Shown in pieces: positions 27,717 to 38,024 of a DNA stretch of 64,000 bases (its first letter is position 1; each line of letters starts with the position of its first letter). The position numbers and the translations under genes are program-made. The notes beneath the pieces were generated by a model that saw only the letters and a list, made by a program, of their open reading frames with translations, searched no databases and was not told where the DNA came from. The stretch is taken from assembly GCA_038870975.1 (NCBI GenBank), contig JAVZJD010000001.1, forward strand, positions 70,184-134,183, in the 5' to 3' direction. The stretch comes from Candidatus Bathyarchaeia archaeon. GTDB taxonomy: Archaea; Thermoproteota; CALKCG01; B24.

Positions 27717-30700
27717 TCACTCTATAATAGGCTTGTCGTATGAAGAAAGCCTACTAATTCCTATTAAGAGTTCTTCACCGTCTAAATTCCAAACTTTACT
27801 ATACTCCATTCTGGGTATCTCACCCAAGGTGAACGTCAGTTTCTTAGCCCTCACCTCACCAGCTATGTACTCTTTTGTTTCCTCTAGAAGACTTTTCGTC
27901 TCTTGACTTGAAACTTTTACATATACTTCTATGTAAGCATCTACTGGAAGATCCATTTCTTTACGCATATACTGAATCCTCCTAACCACGTCTCTACTCA
28001 ATCCACCAGCTTGGAGGGCTTTGTCTATTCTAACGTCTAAGTACAACATTCCATTTTTCAACTCAGCGCATGCAAATCCCTCGGTCAACTTCGATTTAAT
28101 GAAAACATACTCGGGTTTGACCTCTAAAGACTCTTCTCCGACGTTGAGAATACAACGTCCACTATTCATCAATTCGTCGATTTGAACATGGGACATTCTC
28201 CTAATGGCTTCGGCTACAACTGGAGCCTTGGACCTGAATTCTCTGCCTATTAAACTCATATTTGGTTCTGCTACTTTAACCCATAGTTTTTCATCTTCAC
28301 CAGCTCTGAGGAAGACCAATTCTTTAACATTCAATTGCTCTTTCAGCACATCTATCAAACGTTTAAGCTTACTAGCTAATTCATCTTGAACTCTTAAAAG
28401 CGCAGATTTCAAGGGCTGTCTGAGTTTCAGCCCAACTTCCTGCCTAATCTTAGCTGAGGCTTCAACTACGTCTTTAACAATTTCCATAGCCTCCTCAAGC
28501 TCGGGGTTCTTCCAAGATTCGTCCGATTGAGGCCATTTACACATGTGTACACTTTCAGGTTGGTTTGGCTCTGCAAATCTAAACATGTATTGGTAGATAG
28601 ATTCGCATGTAAACGGTATTATTGGAGCTGATAGTAGTAAGAACGTCTTCAAAACGTTGTATAAGACGCTGTAAGACGCAAGTTTTTCAGGTGCTTCTTC
28701 CTCCACCCATGTCCTACGTCTTATCAGTCTGATATACCACCTGCTAACATCTTCAACTATAAAGTCCCTAAGTGTCTTAACGGCGCTATGAAGGTGATAG
28801 TTTTCAAAAGCTTCTGTAACATCTTTTATGAGACGTTGGGTTTTTGATAGAATCCATAAGTCTTCTGGGGACATGAAGTCTTTGACACGTTCAAGACTCC
28901 ACTTAGATGGATTAAACTTGTCGAGGTTCATGTATGTCGATGCAAATACATAGACGTTCCAGAGAATATTCATGAAGGAGAACGTTTCTCCTACACCTTT
29001 CCATGAAAACTTTAAGTCTTCCCATAAAGTGTGCTGGAGTTCGTAAAATCTTAATACGTCTCTACCATATTTTTCTATGACTTCTTCAGGTGCAATGTAA
29101 TTGCCCCACGATTTATGCATCTCTCTACCAGTTTCATCAAGTACGAAGCCGTGCATAGCGACGCATTTATATGGTACTGAATTGAACACTAGTGAAGAAC
29201 ATGCTAAAAGTGAGTAGAACCAACCTCTGGTTTGGTCATGACCTTCGACTATAAAATCTACTGGAAACCACTCTTTAAACTCCCTATCGTCAGACGGATA
29301 TCCTAGAGATGCCCAGGAAGCAGACCCAGAATCCATCCAAACATCTATAACATCTAAAACTCTACGCATATTTCCACCACAATCACACTTCAAAACTAAC
29401 TGATCTACCCATGGTCTATGCAGTCTAAGCTCTTCAACACCACAGGCCTCTAGAAGCTCTCTCTTAGATCCGACGACCCTGCGTTTTCCACATTTTTCAC
29501 ATATCCATATGGGCAGTGGAACTCCCCAGTATCTCTGTCTGGATATGACCCAATCCGATATCTCCATAAGCCAATTTCCAAATCTGCTTTTACCAGCCCA
29601 CTCTGGAATCCATTTAACCTTCTCATTCTCTTCGAGAAGCAGGTCCCTAAGCTTGCTCATACGTATAATCCACTGTTTAGTAGCTCTGAGTAATAATGGG
29701 GTTTTACATCTCCAACAGTGCGGATATCTATGAATAATGGTTCCACTATACAACAGAAGACCTTTCCTCTGGAGGTCTTCTACGATTACTTTATCTGCCT
29801 CTTTGATGTACATTCCAGCGTACTTACCAGCCTCAGATGTAAATCTGCCAGACTGGTCTACAGGTGAGAAGACTGGTAGACCATATCTCAAGCCAACCTC
29901 GAAGTCTTCTTCACCGTGTCCAGGGGCTGAGTGAACCAAACCCGTACCTTCCGTTAGACGTACGAATTCTTCAGACAAGACTACTATGTGAGCTTTCTTA
30001 AACTCTTTTTGAAGAGACACCTCATCCGCGAGCGGAGGTTTATATTTCAAGCCTTGTAGACTTTTACCATCGAACTCTTCAATCACTTCAAATTCAACTC
30101 CGACCTCATCGAAAACTGGTTTAACCCTCTCTTTGGCGAGAATGTAAACTTCTCTTCCGACTTTCACACGGACATATACGTAATTTGGATGCGCCATAAT
30201 CGCTACATTGGCTGGGAGAGTCCATGGTGTAGTCGTCCATATCAGTAAGTATTCTCTATCTCTACCCTCTATAGGAAACTTCACGTATATTGAAGGATCT
30301 TCTACATCTCTATACTCCTGAGATACTTCGTATCCCGCAGCTAGGGCTGTTTCACACCTTGGACACCAGTGTGTGACCCTTAAAACGTTCTCTAGAAGAC
30401 CGAGTTCTTCAGCTTTTTTAACTACAAGCCATACCGCTTCTATATATTCATCTCTAATAGTCATGTATGGGTTGTCCCAATCCATCCACACGCCGAGGTT
30501 TTTAAACTGCTCTGTAAGTACCTTTAAATTTTTTAACGCGAAGTTTTCACATTCCTCAACAAAACGGTCGATACCTATACGGTTCTCTATCTCCCTCTTA
30601 TTTCCAATATTGAGTAAACGTTCAACCATGACCTCTATCGGTAGACCGTGCATGTCGAAGCCTGGTCTATCCCTAACCTTAAACCCCCTCATCCGCCTAT

Positions 30701-30986
30701 AGCGGAGAATACTATCTTTGATTATCTTATTCCAAGCAGTTCCAAGGTGTATAGAACTCGTCACGTACGGAGGACCATCGAGAAAGTAGAATTTTTCACC
30801 TTGCTCGGAAAGCTTCTTAACCTTCTCGTAGATTTTGTTCTCAGACCACCATCTGAAAACCTCATATTCAATCTTCTTGGGGTCATATGTTTTAGGTAGA
30901 AGTCCAACGTGCATGCCATCACATCCATTTAAACTCAAGTCGCCAAAGTTCAATTTTGCAATTTTAAAGTTTGATTTTACACTCAC
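27717..30986 (-). CDS. ileS: isoleucyl-tRNA synthetase
   Basis: 1089 aa. GPPYVTSSIHLGTAWNK (HIGH-type). GWDxHGLPIE-like DMHGLPIEV. KMSKS-type EMHKSWGN. Confidence 0.85.
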   Translation of the reverse strand: MSVKSNFKIAKLNFGDLSLNGCDGMHVGLLPKTYDPKKIEYEVFRWWSENKIYEKVKKLSEQGEKFYFLDGPPYVTSSIHLGTAWNKIIKDSILRYRRMRGFKVRDRPGFDMHGLPIEVMVERLLNIGNKREIENRIGIDRFVEECENFALKNLKVLTEQFKNLGVWMDWDNPYMTIRDEYIEAVWLVVKKAEELGLLENVLRVTHWCPRCETALAAGYEVSQEYRDVEDPSIYVKFPIEGRDREYLLIWTTTPWTLPANVAIMAHPNYVYVRVKVGREVYILAKERVKPVFDEVGVEFEVIEEFDGKSLQGLKYKPPLADEVSLQKEFKKAHIVVLSEEFVRLTEGTGLVHSAPGHGEEDFEVGLRYGLPVFSPVDQSGRFTSEAGKYAGMYIKEADKVIVEDLQRKGLLLYSGTIIHRYPHCWRCKTPLLLRATKQWIIRMSKLRDLLLEENEKVKWIPEWAGKSRFGNWLMEISDWVISRQRYWGVPLPIWICEKCGKRRVVGSKRELLEACGVEELRLHRPWVDQLVLKCDCGGNMRRVLDVIDVWMDSGSASWASLGYPSDDREFKEWFPVDFIVEGHDQTRGWFYSLLACSSLVFNSVPYKCVAMHGFVLDETGREMHKSWGNYIAPEEVIEKYGRDVLRFYELQHTLWEDLKFSWKGVGETFSFMNILWNVYVFASTYMNLDKFNPSKWSLERVKDFMSPEDLWILSKTQRLIKDVTEAFENYHLHSAVKTLRDFIVEDVSRWYIRLIRRRTWVEEEAPEKLASYSVLYNVLKTFLLLSAPIIPFTCESIYQYMFRFAEPNQPESVHMCKWPQSDESWKNPELEEAMEIVKDVVEASAKIRQEVGLKLRQPLKSALLRVQDELASKLKRLIDVLKEQLNVKELVFLRAGEDEKLWVKVAEPNMSLIGREFRSKAPVVAEAIRRMSHVQIDELMNSGRCILNVGEESLEVKPEYVFIKSKLTEGFACAELKNGMLYLDVRIDKALQAGGLSRDVVRRIQYMRKEMDLPVDAYIEVYVKVSSQETKSLLEETKEYIAGEVRAKKLTFTLGEIPRMEYSKVWNLDGEELLIGISRLSSYDKPIIE

Positions 30987-31021
30987 CCATAGTCCTCAAG
31001 CTCATATTAACCTAGAAAGTT

Positions 31022-31033
31022 AGTATTTAAAAG
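31022..31033 (+). promoter_or_regulatory. candidate TATA box for nucS (leaderless-type spacing)
   Basis: TATTTAAAAG lies about 30-40 nt upstream of the start at 31062. Confidence 0.25.
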
Positions 31034-31061
31034 TTACGTAAATTCTCTCAATTGTAGAGAG

Positions 31062-31829
31062 TTGTCTGGTGAAGTATTCCGGGAAAAACCGACTTTAGAG
31101 GAAAGCTTGGAAGCATTTAAGCTTGGAATCAGTGCAAAGAGAATTCTCATAATCGTAGGAGAATGTAAAATCGACTACTTCGGTAGAGGACACTCTGAAC
31201 TTGACTATGGAGATAGAGTCGTGATTATTAAAAGCGACGGAGCTCTAATTATCCATCGGCCATCCGGTTTAGAACCTGTGAACTGGCAACCCCCTGGAAG
31301 TATGTATAGAGCATATATTAAAGGTGGAAGTTTAGTAGTTGAGGCATATAGAAAAACACCTGAAGAAAAAATAAGAGTAACGTTTAGGGGAATAATGCTT
31401 CTATCGTCTCTCAACCTTAGGGATGATGCTTCATTCAAACTTTATACGAGTGAGGAGATAATGAAGAAAGCGTTTATTAAACATCCTGAAATTGTTGAAA
31501 AGGGGCTTAGAGTAATATCAGAGGAGAAGAGGGTTAGAAGCGGTTTAATAGACTGCCTCTGTGTTGATTTACGCGGCAGAAGCGTCGTGGTTGAATTCAA
31601 GAAGGATAAGGCCAGCGTTGAAGCCGTTGAACAACTTTCAAAATACGTTCAAGAGTTGAAAACGAACAACCTGCAAGTTAGAGGGGTATTAGTAGCACCT
31701 TCATTGACAAGAGAAGCTAGTGATAAGGTTAAGGCTTTAAATTTGGAATTCAAAAGGCTCAGCGTTAAGAAGTGTATTAAGGTCTTAGAGTCTACTGGAG
31801 GGGTTAAGATTTCAGACTTTATAAGCTAG
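31062..31829 (+). CDS. nucS: endonuclease NucS/EndoMS (mismatch-specific RecB-like nuclease)
   Basis: About 255 aa. C-terminal PD-(D/E)xK block …IDCLCVDLRGRSVVVEFKKDKAS…. The N-terminal dimerisation domain is typical of NucS. Confidence 0.7.
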   Translation: MSGEVFREKPTLEESLEAFKLGISAKRILIIVGECKIDYFGRGHSELDYGDRVVIIKSDGALIIHRPSGLEPVNWQPPGSMYRAYIKGGSLVVEAYRKTPEEKIRVTFRGIMLLSSLNLRDDASFKLYTSEEIMKKAFIKHPEIVEKGLRVISEEKRVRSGLIDCLCVDLRGRSVVVEFKKDKASVEAVEQLSKYVQELKTNNLQVRGVLVAPSLTREASDKVKALNLEFKRLSVKKCIKVLESTGGVKISDFIS

Positions 31830-31863
31830 CTTTAAATGTCCGTTTAGAAATTTCAATAATTGA

Positions 31864-32115
31864 ATGACCGTCTTGTTAACTATCGGCTTAACAATAACGC
31901 TAATCGGAATCGCTCTTGTCTTTATAGGATTTCTAATGGAATTTATAAAATCCTTGAAGAAGACAGGTAAAATGAAGACTTGTGGGGCTGTTTTGATAGG
32001 ACCATTTCCCATAATTTTTGGGGATAGAGACCTTGTAAAGTATTCGATTGTGCTTCTGATCATAATGTTAATTCTAACAGTGGTTTTAATCATCGTCTCG
32101 GGTGCTTTACCATGA
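31864..32115 (+). CDS. small membrane protein (2 TM)
   Basis: 83 aa hydrophobic. Overlaps the start of the next gene. Confidence 0.35.
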   Translation: MTVLLTIGLTITLIGIALVFIGFLMEFIKSLKKTGKMKTCGAVLIGPFPIIFGDRDLVKYSIVLLIIMLILTVVLIIVSGALP

Positions 32116-32537
32116 CTGTGAAATGTGAAATCTGCGGTATTCACAATGCCAAGTATGTATGTCAAAACTGTGGATTTAGGGTGTGCTCATCGTGTTTCAA
32201 CCCACGGTTAGAACTCTGTGTAAAATGTACAGTTAGTAGTTCGTCTGAAGTGAAGTTAGAATATGGCGTAGGTTTTAAGATTATGATCATAGGCTTCGTC
32301 TTAGTTTTTCTGGGCATACTCATTACGGTTGCACTAGCCATCCTAAGAGGGATAGGTAATTTGAGTTTCGTTATTCTACTTCTCCCAATACCAGTCGGCG
32401 TGGCAGCTGGACCCTATGGTGGTGTACTGCTGATCTTCGCTTTAATCATGACGCTCGTCCTTATGATAATCTTAATATTGACCAGTAGGAGACATTTAAG
32501 ACAATTCTCTCCGAAAGAGGTTTCAGAGGGTGTTTAA
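32112..32537 (+). CDS. zinc-ribbon plus TM protein
   Basis: N-terminal CEICG…CQNCG…CSSC…CVKC (two CxxC pairs) followed by two TM helices. Confidence 0.45.
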   Translation: MTVKCEICGIHNAKYVCQNCGFRVCSSCFNPRLELCVKCTVSSSSEVKLEYGVGFKIMIIGFVLVFLGILITVALAILRGIGNLSFVILLLPIPVGVAAGPYGGVLLIFALIMTLVLMIILILTSRRHLRQFSPKEVSEGV

Positions 32538-33203
32538 ATGGTTGAAAGGGGTCTTCTTAAAGAATGGTTGACTAAAAGGAGGCGTAATAGAAGCATTGAG
32601 CTTGCCTACAAGCAGATGAAAGGCTCTGTTGAAACTGTTGCGGAGCTTAGGAGGTGTTTAACTGCTATTATAGAGGGGAATTTTACGGAAGCTGAGAAAA
32701 GTATCGGAAGGATTTTTCTCATGGAGTTGGATGTAGATGAGCTTAGAAGGAAGGTTCTCATCGAACTGGCTAAGGAAGAACCTTCTAAATTCAGAGAAGA
32801 CTTTGCACGTTTGGTCCAAGGATTAGATATAATGGCGGATCATGTTAAAGATTCGGCTAGAAGCCTTTTAGTCCTTTTAAGAGGAAAAAAGACTGTTTCT
32901 GACGAGATTTGGGTGAGCTATTTAAATCTTGTGGATAACATTGTCTTATGTACTAGAACCCTTTTAAGAGCGATTGAGGAATTAACTGGCAAAAGCGAAG
33001 AAGTCATGCGCTACATAATTGAAGTCGATAGGCTTGAAAACGTCATAGATGAGCAATATGTGTCGATTATGGAGAAACTTTTGAAGACTGAGGAAATAGA
33101 ACCGGGAGTCCTCATGATGTTAAAAAGTCTCTTGGAATTTTTAGAGAAAGCTGCCGATATATGTGCTGAGATGGCTGACTACATTAGAGTTCTTCTAGGT
33201 TAA
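32538..33203 (+). CDS. PhoU-like / DUF47-family helical protein
   Basis: 221-aa all-helical protein with a PhoU-like repeat organisation. The family name is from memory. Confidence 0.35.
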   Translation: MVERGLLKEWLTKRRRNRSIELAYKQMKGSVETVAELRRCLTAIIEGNFTEAEKSIGRIFLMELDVDELRRKVLIELAKEEPSKFREDFARLVQGLDIMADHVKDSARSLLVLLRGKKTVSDEIWVSYLNLVDNIVLCTRTLLRAIEELTGKSEEVMRYIIEVDRLENVIDEQYVSIMEKLLKTEEIEPGVLMMLKSLLEFLEKAADICAEMADYIRVLLG

Positions 33204-33254
33204 AATTGTGAAAGTTTATCAAGAAAATAGTCTATGTGTAAATATTGAGAAGGC

Positions 33255-35606
33255 TTGATAAGTTTAAGGTTCTACCTTTTAGATATCGACAGCCGTCTAA
33301 GAAGTGGGGAAGTTGAAGTTAGACTTTGGGGTTTAACTGATGAAGGAAGGCGTGTTGTCTTATTCGATAGAGCTTTAAAACCGTACTTCTACGCTGTAGC
33401 CGAAAATACAGAATTATTGGAAAAACAGTTGAAATCCATTGGAGATGTAGAGGAATTCGAGCTGAAAGAAGCAAGGATTTTCGGGAAAAATGTTAAGGCA
33501 TTTAAGATTTACGTTTCAAACCCAGATAGATTAGATTCCATAGCGGAAGCTGTTTCAAAACTTAAAGGCTGTGGAGGAGTCTACGATTGCGATCTGAGAC
33601 ATACTCAGCGCTACCTTCTAGATTATGACGTTCAACCATGCGGATGGCATGTGGTTGAAGTGGAGCCTACAGATAAAGAGAATATTAAAATCGACGAAGC
33701 CTACAGAATGTTAAAACCACCCGTCTCTATCGGATACCAGAAAGATGTAACCTTCAGGGTTTTAGCTTTCTATATGATTCCACTACCTTCAAAAGGCTCG
33801 GCTAAACCTGAGAAGGATAAAATCGTATGTTTAGCTGTTAGGACAAACGAAGGATATGTAAACGTTTACAACTCAGAGGAAGTTGGCGAAAGGGGTCTAA
33901 TTGAAAACTTTATAGAGCTTATTGATAGCTTCAACCCAGACGTTATTGTTGGTTACGGCACAAATGCGAGAGATTGGGAATATTTGGCTAAAAGAGCTGA
34001 AGCTAACGGGTTAAAGCTCAAAGTAGGTAGAGACGGCTCTGAACCGCATAGAAGCGTCTATGGGCATATTTCAATAGCCGGCAGAATAGCTTTAGACCTA
34101 TACGATTACGCTGACGATATAGCTGATATAAAGATCAAAACCTTAGAGAATCTAGCCGCATACCTAGGTGTCGGTGTGAAAGACGAGCTTATGGAGGAAT
34201 ACGACATACCGAAATTGTGGGAATCGTCTGAAGGGAGACAGAGAATACTGAGTTACGCATTAGACAGATGTAGAGTTATTATGGAATGCTTTAAAGAATT
34301 CATCGACTATGGGTGTCAACTCTCAAACTTAGTTTGCATACCTTTAGACCATGTATGTACGGCGGCTGTAGGATTTAGAGTCGAGTCTTATCTTATGAAG
34401 TGCAGTAGAAAATTCGGTGAATTAATACCTAAACGTATTGAAAAACCGTACCAACCTTATGCTGGTGCAATAGTCTTAGAGCCGAAGCCTGGTTTACATG
34501 AAAATGTAGCAGTTTTAGACTTTAGATCCATGTATCCCAGTATAATGATGAAGTTCAACATATCACCCGATACTTATGTTGAACCTGAAGTAAACACTAA
34601 ACCTGAAGAAGTTTTCATAGCTCCAGAAGTTGGCCATAGATTTTTCAAAAAACCTGACGGCTTTTACAGAGACGCTTTGAAGAGGCTTTTGGAGGCTAGA
34701 GCTGAGATCAGTAAAAAGCTTAAGGATTTAAGTCCAAGTTCGACAGAATATAGGATTTTAGATGCTAGACAGAAGGCCATAAAAGTCATTACCAATGCGA
34801 TGTATGGATATGCTGGTTGGATAGGCGCACGATGGTATAGACGACCCATAGCAGAGTCCACTACAGCGTGGGGTAGGAAAACTCTCCTAGAAACTGTAGA
34901 TTATGCGATGAAAATAGGGCTCTCTGTAATCTACGGCGACACCGATTCGATATTTGTTAAACATGATCAAGAGAAGATTGAGGAACTTGTAAAGTATGTC
35001 TCTGAAAAACTCGGTCTAGAGATTAAGCCTGAAACAATCTATAGACGGATAATTTTCACGGAGGCTAAGAAGAGGTATGCAGGTTTACTTGCAGATGGTA
35101 GAATAGATATAACTGGTTTGGAAGCCGTAAGAGGGGATTGGTCTGAAATCGCTAAGAAAATTCAGCGTGAAGTTATTAGAATTATTCTTGAAACAGGGTC
35201 TGTTGAACAAGCTCTCAAAGAAGCAAGGAAAATGTTGAGCGATGTTGAAGTGGGTAAAGTACCTCTCAGAGAACTCATTATATGGAAGACTTTGACCAAG
35301 ACTACAGAAGACTACAAAGTGTTAACTGCCCATGTGAAAGCCGCTCAAAGACTCGTAGACATGGGTTGGGATATCGGTCCTGGCGATAAAGTAGGAATAA
35401 TCGTAGTCAAAGGAACGGGTAGACTTTATGATAGAGTGGAACCGTATCAATTCGTTAAACCAGAGGATGTAGATTACAGATATTACGTCGAGAATCAGAT
35501 AGTACCAGCTGTAGTTAGAATTATCAGCGTCTTTGGGTATAGAGAGGAAGATTTAAGAGCGCCTATAAAAACTATGGAAAAGAAGGGGCAGAGGACGCTC
35601 TTTTAA
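33255..35606 (+). CDS. polB: family-B DNA polymerase (PolB3 / euryarchaeal PolB-type) with degenerate Exo I motif
   Basis: N-terminus resembles Pfu Pol (…ALKPYFYAV…). Motif A LDFRSMYPS. Motif B KVITNAMYGYAG. Motif C YGDTDS. Exo II (…NARDWEY…) and Exo III (YALD) are present. Exo I reads RVLAFYMIP where FDIET is expected. The ORF uses a TTG start. Confidence 0.85.
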   Translation: MISLRFYLLDIDSRLRSGEVEVRLWGLTDEGRRVVLFDRALKPYFYAVAENTELLEKQLKSIGDVEEFELKEARIFGKNVKAFKIYVSNPDRLDSIAEAVSKLKGCGGVYDCDLRHTQRYLLDYDVQPCGWHVVEVEPTDKENIKIDEAYRMLKPPVSIGYQKDVTFRVLAFYMIPLPSKGSAKPEKDKIVCLAVRTNEGYVNVYNSEEVGERGLIENFIELIDSFNPDVIVGYGTNARDWEYLAKRAEANGLKLKVGRDGSEPHRSVYGHISIAGRIALDLYDYADDIADIKIKTLENLAAYLGVGVKDELMEEYDIPKLWESSEGRQRILSYALDRCRVIMECFKEFIDYGCQLSNLVCIPLDHVCTAAVGFRVESYLMKCSRKFGELIPKRIEKPYQPYAGAIVLEPKPGLHENVAVLDFRSMYPSIMMKFNISPDTYVEPEVNTKPEEVFIAPEVGHRFFKKPDGFYRDALKRLLEARAEISKKLKDLSPSSTEYRILDARQKAIKVITNAMYGYAGWIGARWYRRPIAESTTAWGRKTLLETVDYAMKIGLSVIYGDTDSIFVKHDQEKIEELVKYVSEKLGLEIKPETIYRRIIFTEAKKRYAGLLADGRIDITGLEAVRGDWSEIAKKIQREVIRIILETGSVEQALKEARKMLSDVEVGKVPLRELIIWKTLTKTTEDYKVLTAHVKAAQRLVDMGWDIGPGDKVGIIVVKGTGRLYDRVEPYQFVKPEDVDYRYYVENQIVPAVVRIISVFGYREEDLRAPIKTMEKKGQRTLF

Positions 35607-35623
35607 TAAAAAGGAGTTTAGAC

Positions 35624-36907
35624 TTAAAATGGAATCCATTTAGCTTCTGCTTTAAACATTTCGTCAACCATTTTCTCAATTTCTCTAGGTGTTAAAATAG
35701 CTGAGGTTAATGGGTCGAACATTATTGCTTGTAAAGCTGCGTTTCTATCTTTCTCTAAAGCCGCTTTAACGGCAAGCTCTTGAACGTTTATATTTGTTCG
35801 ATTTAAAGCAGCGCATTGAGGCGGTAAATCCCCAACATGACAGGGATGTATACCGCCTTCGTCGACTAAACATGGAACTTCAACGCAACATCCAATTGGG
35901 AGGTTTGTTATTAGCCATTTATTCTCAACATTACCGTTTATACGACACGGTCTGCCAGTCTCCATAGAGTATATAATGTCTACGCAATACTCGTGCGATC
36001 GGGTAAGCTCTATCGGGGCTTCACCTCGAATTTGCTTCTTTACATGTTCAAAGTGTGGTTTCCACGCCTCTTTACATATATCCAAATAGAACCATCTTGG
36101 TTCACAGTAGATTTTACGCTTTTCTTCTGTGGTTCTAAAATATGGGACATATTCGCCTAAATGGTGGCTCGATTCAGTTATAAAGTAGCCTAGGTATTTC
36201 ATCATTTCAAATCTAACTTTATCCCTCTCGTAGATTTCTCTCTTTTTCATAGCTTCGCGAAGGAGGGGATAAGCGTCTCTACCCTTATACTTAAACTCTA
36301 GGAAGAACGCTTGATGATTTATCCCGGCGACCCAGTAGTAAACGTCTTCATACGGGACGTTTATGTACTCTGCTAATTGCATAGCTGTTCCCTGAACACT
36401 ATGGCAGAGTCCGATATTTTTAATCTTCGTAGCCCTATTCATAGCCCAGCAGTTAATTGCCATGGGATTAGCGTAGTTGATTAAAAGGGCATCTGGACAT
36501 AAATCTTCCATATCATAGCATATGTCTAGTAGAACTGGAATTGTTCGAAGGCCTCTGAAAACGCCTCCCGGACCAATTGTATCGCCTACTTCTTGGCTTA
36601 CCCCGTATTTTAACGGGATGTATATGTCATGTTCAAAGGCTTCAAGTCCTCCAACTTGAATCATTATTATTACATAGTCAGCGTCTTTTAAAGCCTCTTT
36701 ACGATTTAGGGTGGATTCAACCTTCAAGTTGGGCGCGTATTTAGAGGACAGGGTATGTGCAAACTGAGTTATTACTTCGAGGCGTGCGGCATCTATATCC
36801 ATGAGAGCTACTGTGGAATCCCTAAGCTCTTGATGATAAACTATGTCTGTGAGTAGGCGACTAGCAAAGACGACGCTCCCCGCACCTATGAAGACTATTT
36901 TAACCAT
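35624..36907 (-). CDS. family-4 glycoside hydrolase (NAD+/Mn2+-dependent alpha-glucosidase/alpha-galactosidase)
   Basis: N-terminal Rossmann VKIVFIGAGSVVF. Size and core are typical of GH4. Confidence 0.75.
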   Translation of the reverse strand: MVKIVFIGAGSVVFASRLLTDIVYHQELRDSTVALMDIDAARLEVITQFAHTLSSKYAPNLKVESTLNRKEALKDADYVIIMIQVGGLEAFEHDIYIPLKYGVSQEVGDTIGPGGVFRGLRTIPVLLDICYDMEDLCPDALLINYANPMAINCWAMNRATKIKNIGLCHSVQGTAMQLAEYINVPYEDVYYWVAGINHQAFFLEFKYKGRDAYPLLREAMKKREIYERDKVRFEMMKYLGYFITESSHHLGEYVPYFRTTEEKRKIYCEPRWFYLDICKEAWKPHFEHVKKQIRGEAPIELTRSHEYCVDIIYSMETGRPCRINGNVENKWLITNLPIGCCVEVPCLVDEGGIHPCHVGDLPPQCAALNRTNINVQELAVKAALEKDRNAALQAIMFDPLTSAILTPREIEKMVDEMFKAEAKWIPF

Positions 36908-37234
36908 ACCATATCACGCTACCAGAGGAATCTATGCATTAGAATATTATTAAAGGTTTAACTGCAATCGTTGCAAAAGATTTATCCCGTTCTTAGATGG
37001 CATTATAAATCCGAGAATCTATTCATTCGCACGGGTTATTCTAACGCTTTATTTCCATATTTCCATATTTCCATAGGAGGGAGAAGTAGTAATTCCATTC
37101 TTTAACCAACTCTATGAATTTTTCAATATGAGATTTACGTTTTCAATTACGTTAAATTTTTAGGAGGGGGCTTGTTTTAAAAGTAGCGGGAACTCTGATG
37201 AGTATTATGTGGATAATTCATAACGATTACTTTA

Positions 37235-37939
37235 TCAATAATCTTCACGTTTCTTTATGAGTATTTTTTCAGCTTCTTCCAAATCTTTAAGTGTCTCTAT
37301 GCTTCTCCAAATTGTAAAATCATAGTATCTTACAGTTTTAAGCTTTCTAGCACTTGTGAGTTTTGGAAAGGATTCCCTTTCCAGGTCTCCTCTGTCTGGT
37401 AGGTATTTAAATACCTCGGGTCTGAATAGGTACAATCCTGCATTTATCCAATAGTCTCGAATGATAGGTTTTTCTTGGAAGAGAACTATGTAGTCCTTGC
37501 TATCTGAAAAGACTATTCCATATGGCGATGGAAGAGGTACCGTAGCGATTACTCCAATTGCATCTTCATTCAACATCTCAATGAGTTTAGTTGGGTTTAT
37601 ATCGGTTATCACGTCTCCGTTGACGACGTAGAACATTTCCTCTTTGCCAAGGAGGCTTATGGCGTTTTTAAGCCCACCACCTGTTCCTAAGGGCTCTTCT
37701 TCTACAACGTAAGATACGTGTACTCCATACTTCCTACCACTACCGAGGGAACTTAAGAACTTCTCTTTTAGATACCCAATGGTTACTATGAATTCCATAA
37801 TTCCATACTTCTTCAACCATTCAATTTGATGCACTATAATGGGTTTACCAGCAACCTCTATTAGAGGTTTAGGCATATCGTTTGTTAAAGGTCTTAAGCG
37901 TGTACCTTGACCTCCAGCTAAAATGATGGCTTTCATCAC
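37235..37939 (-). CDS. sugar-1-phosphate nucleotidyltransferase
   Basis: KAIILAGGQGTRLRPLTNDMPKPL signature. Confidence 0.75.
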   Translation of the reverse strand: MMKAIILAGGQGTRLRPLTNDMPKPLIEVAGKPIIVHQIEWLKKYGIMEFIVTIGYLKEKFLSSLGSGRKYGVHVSYVVEEEPLGTGGGLKNAISLLGKEEMFYVVNGDVITDINPTKLIEMLNEDAIGVIATVPLPSPYGIVFSDSKDYIVLFQEKPIIRDYWINAGLYLFRPEVFKYLPDRGDLERESFPKLTSARKLKTVRYYDFTIWRSIETLKDLEEAEKILIKKREDY

Positions 37940-38024
37940 TAACTCTTACGCTTAGAAAGCTTTTTAAAATTGAGGGAGAACGAGGATTTGGAAAAGTTTC
38001 TGGAATCTTATATTAATAAGCCGT

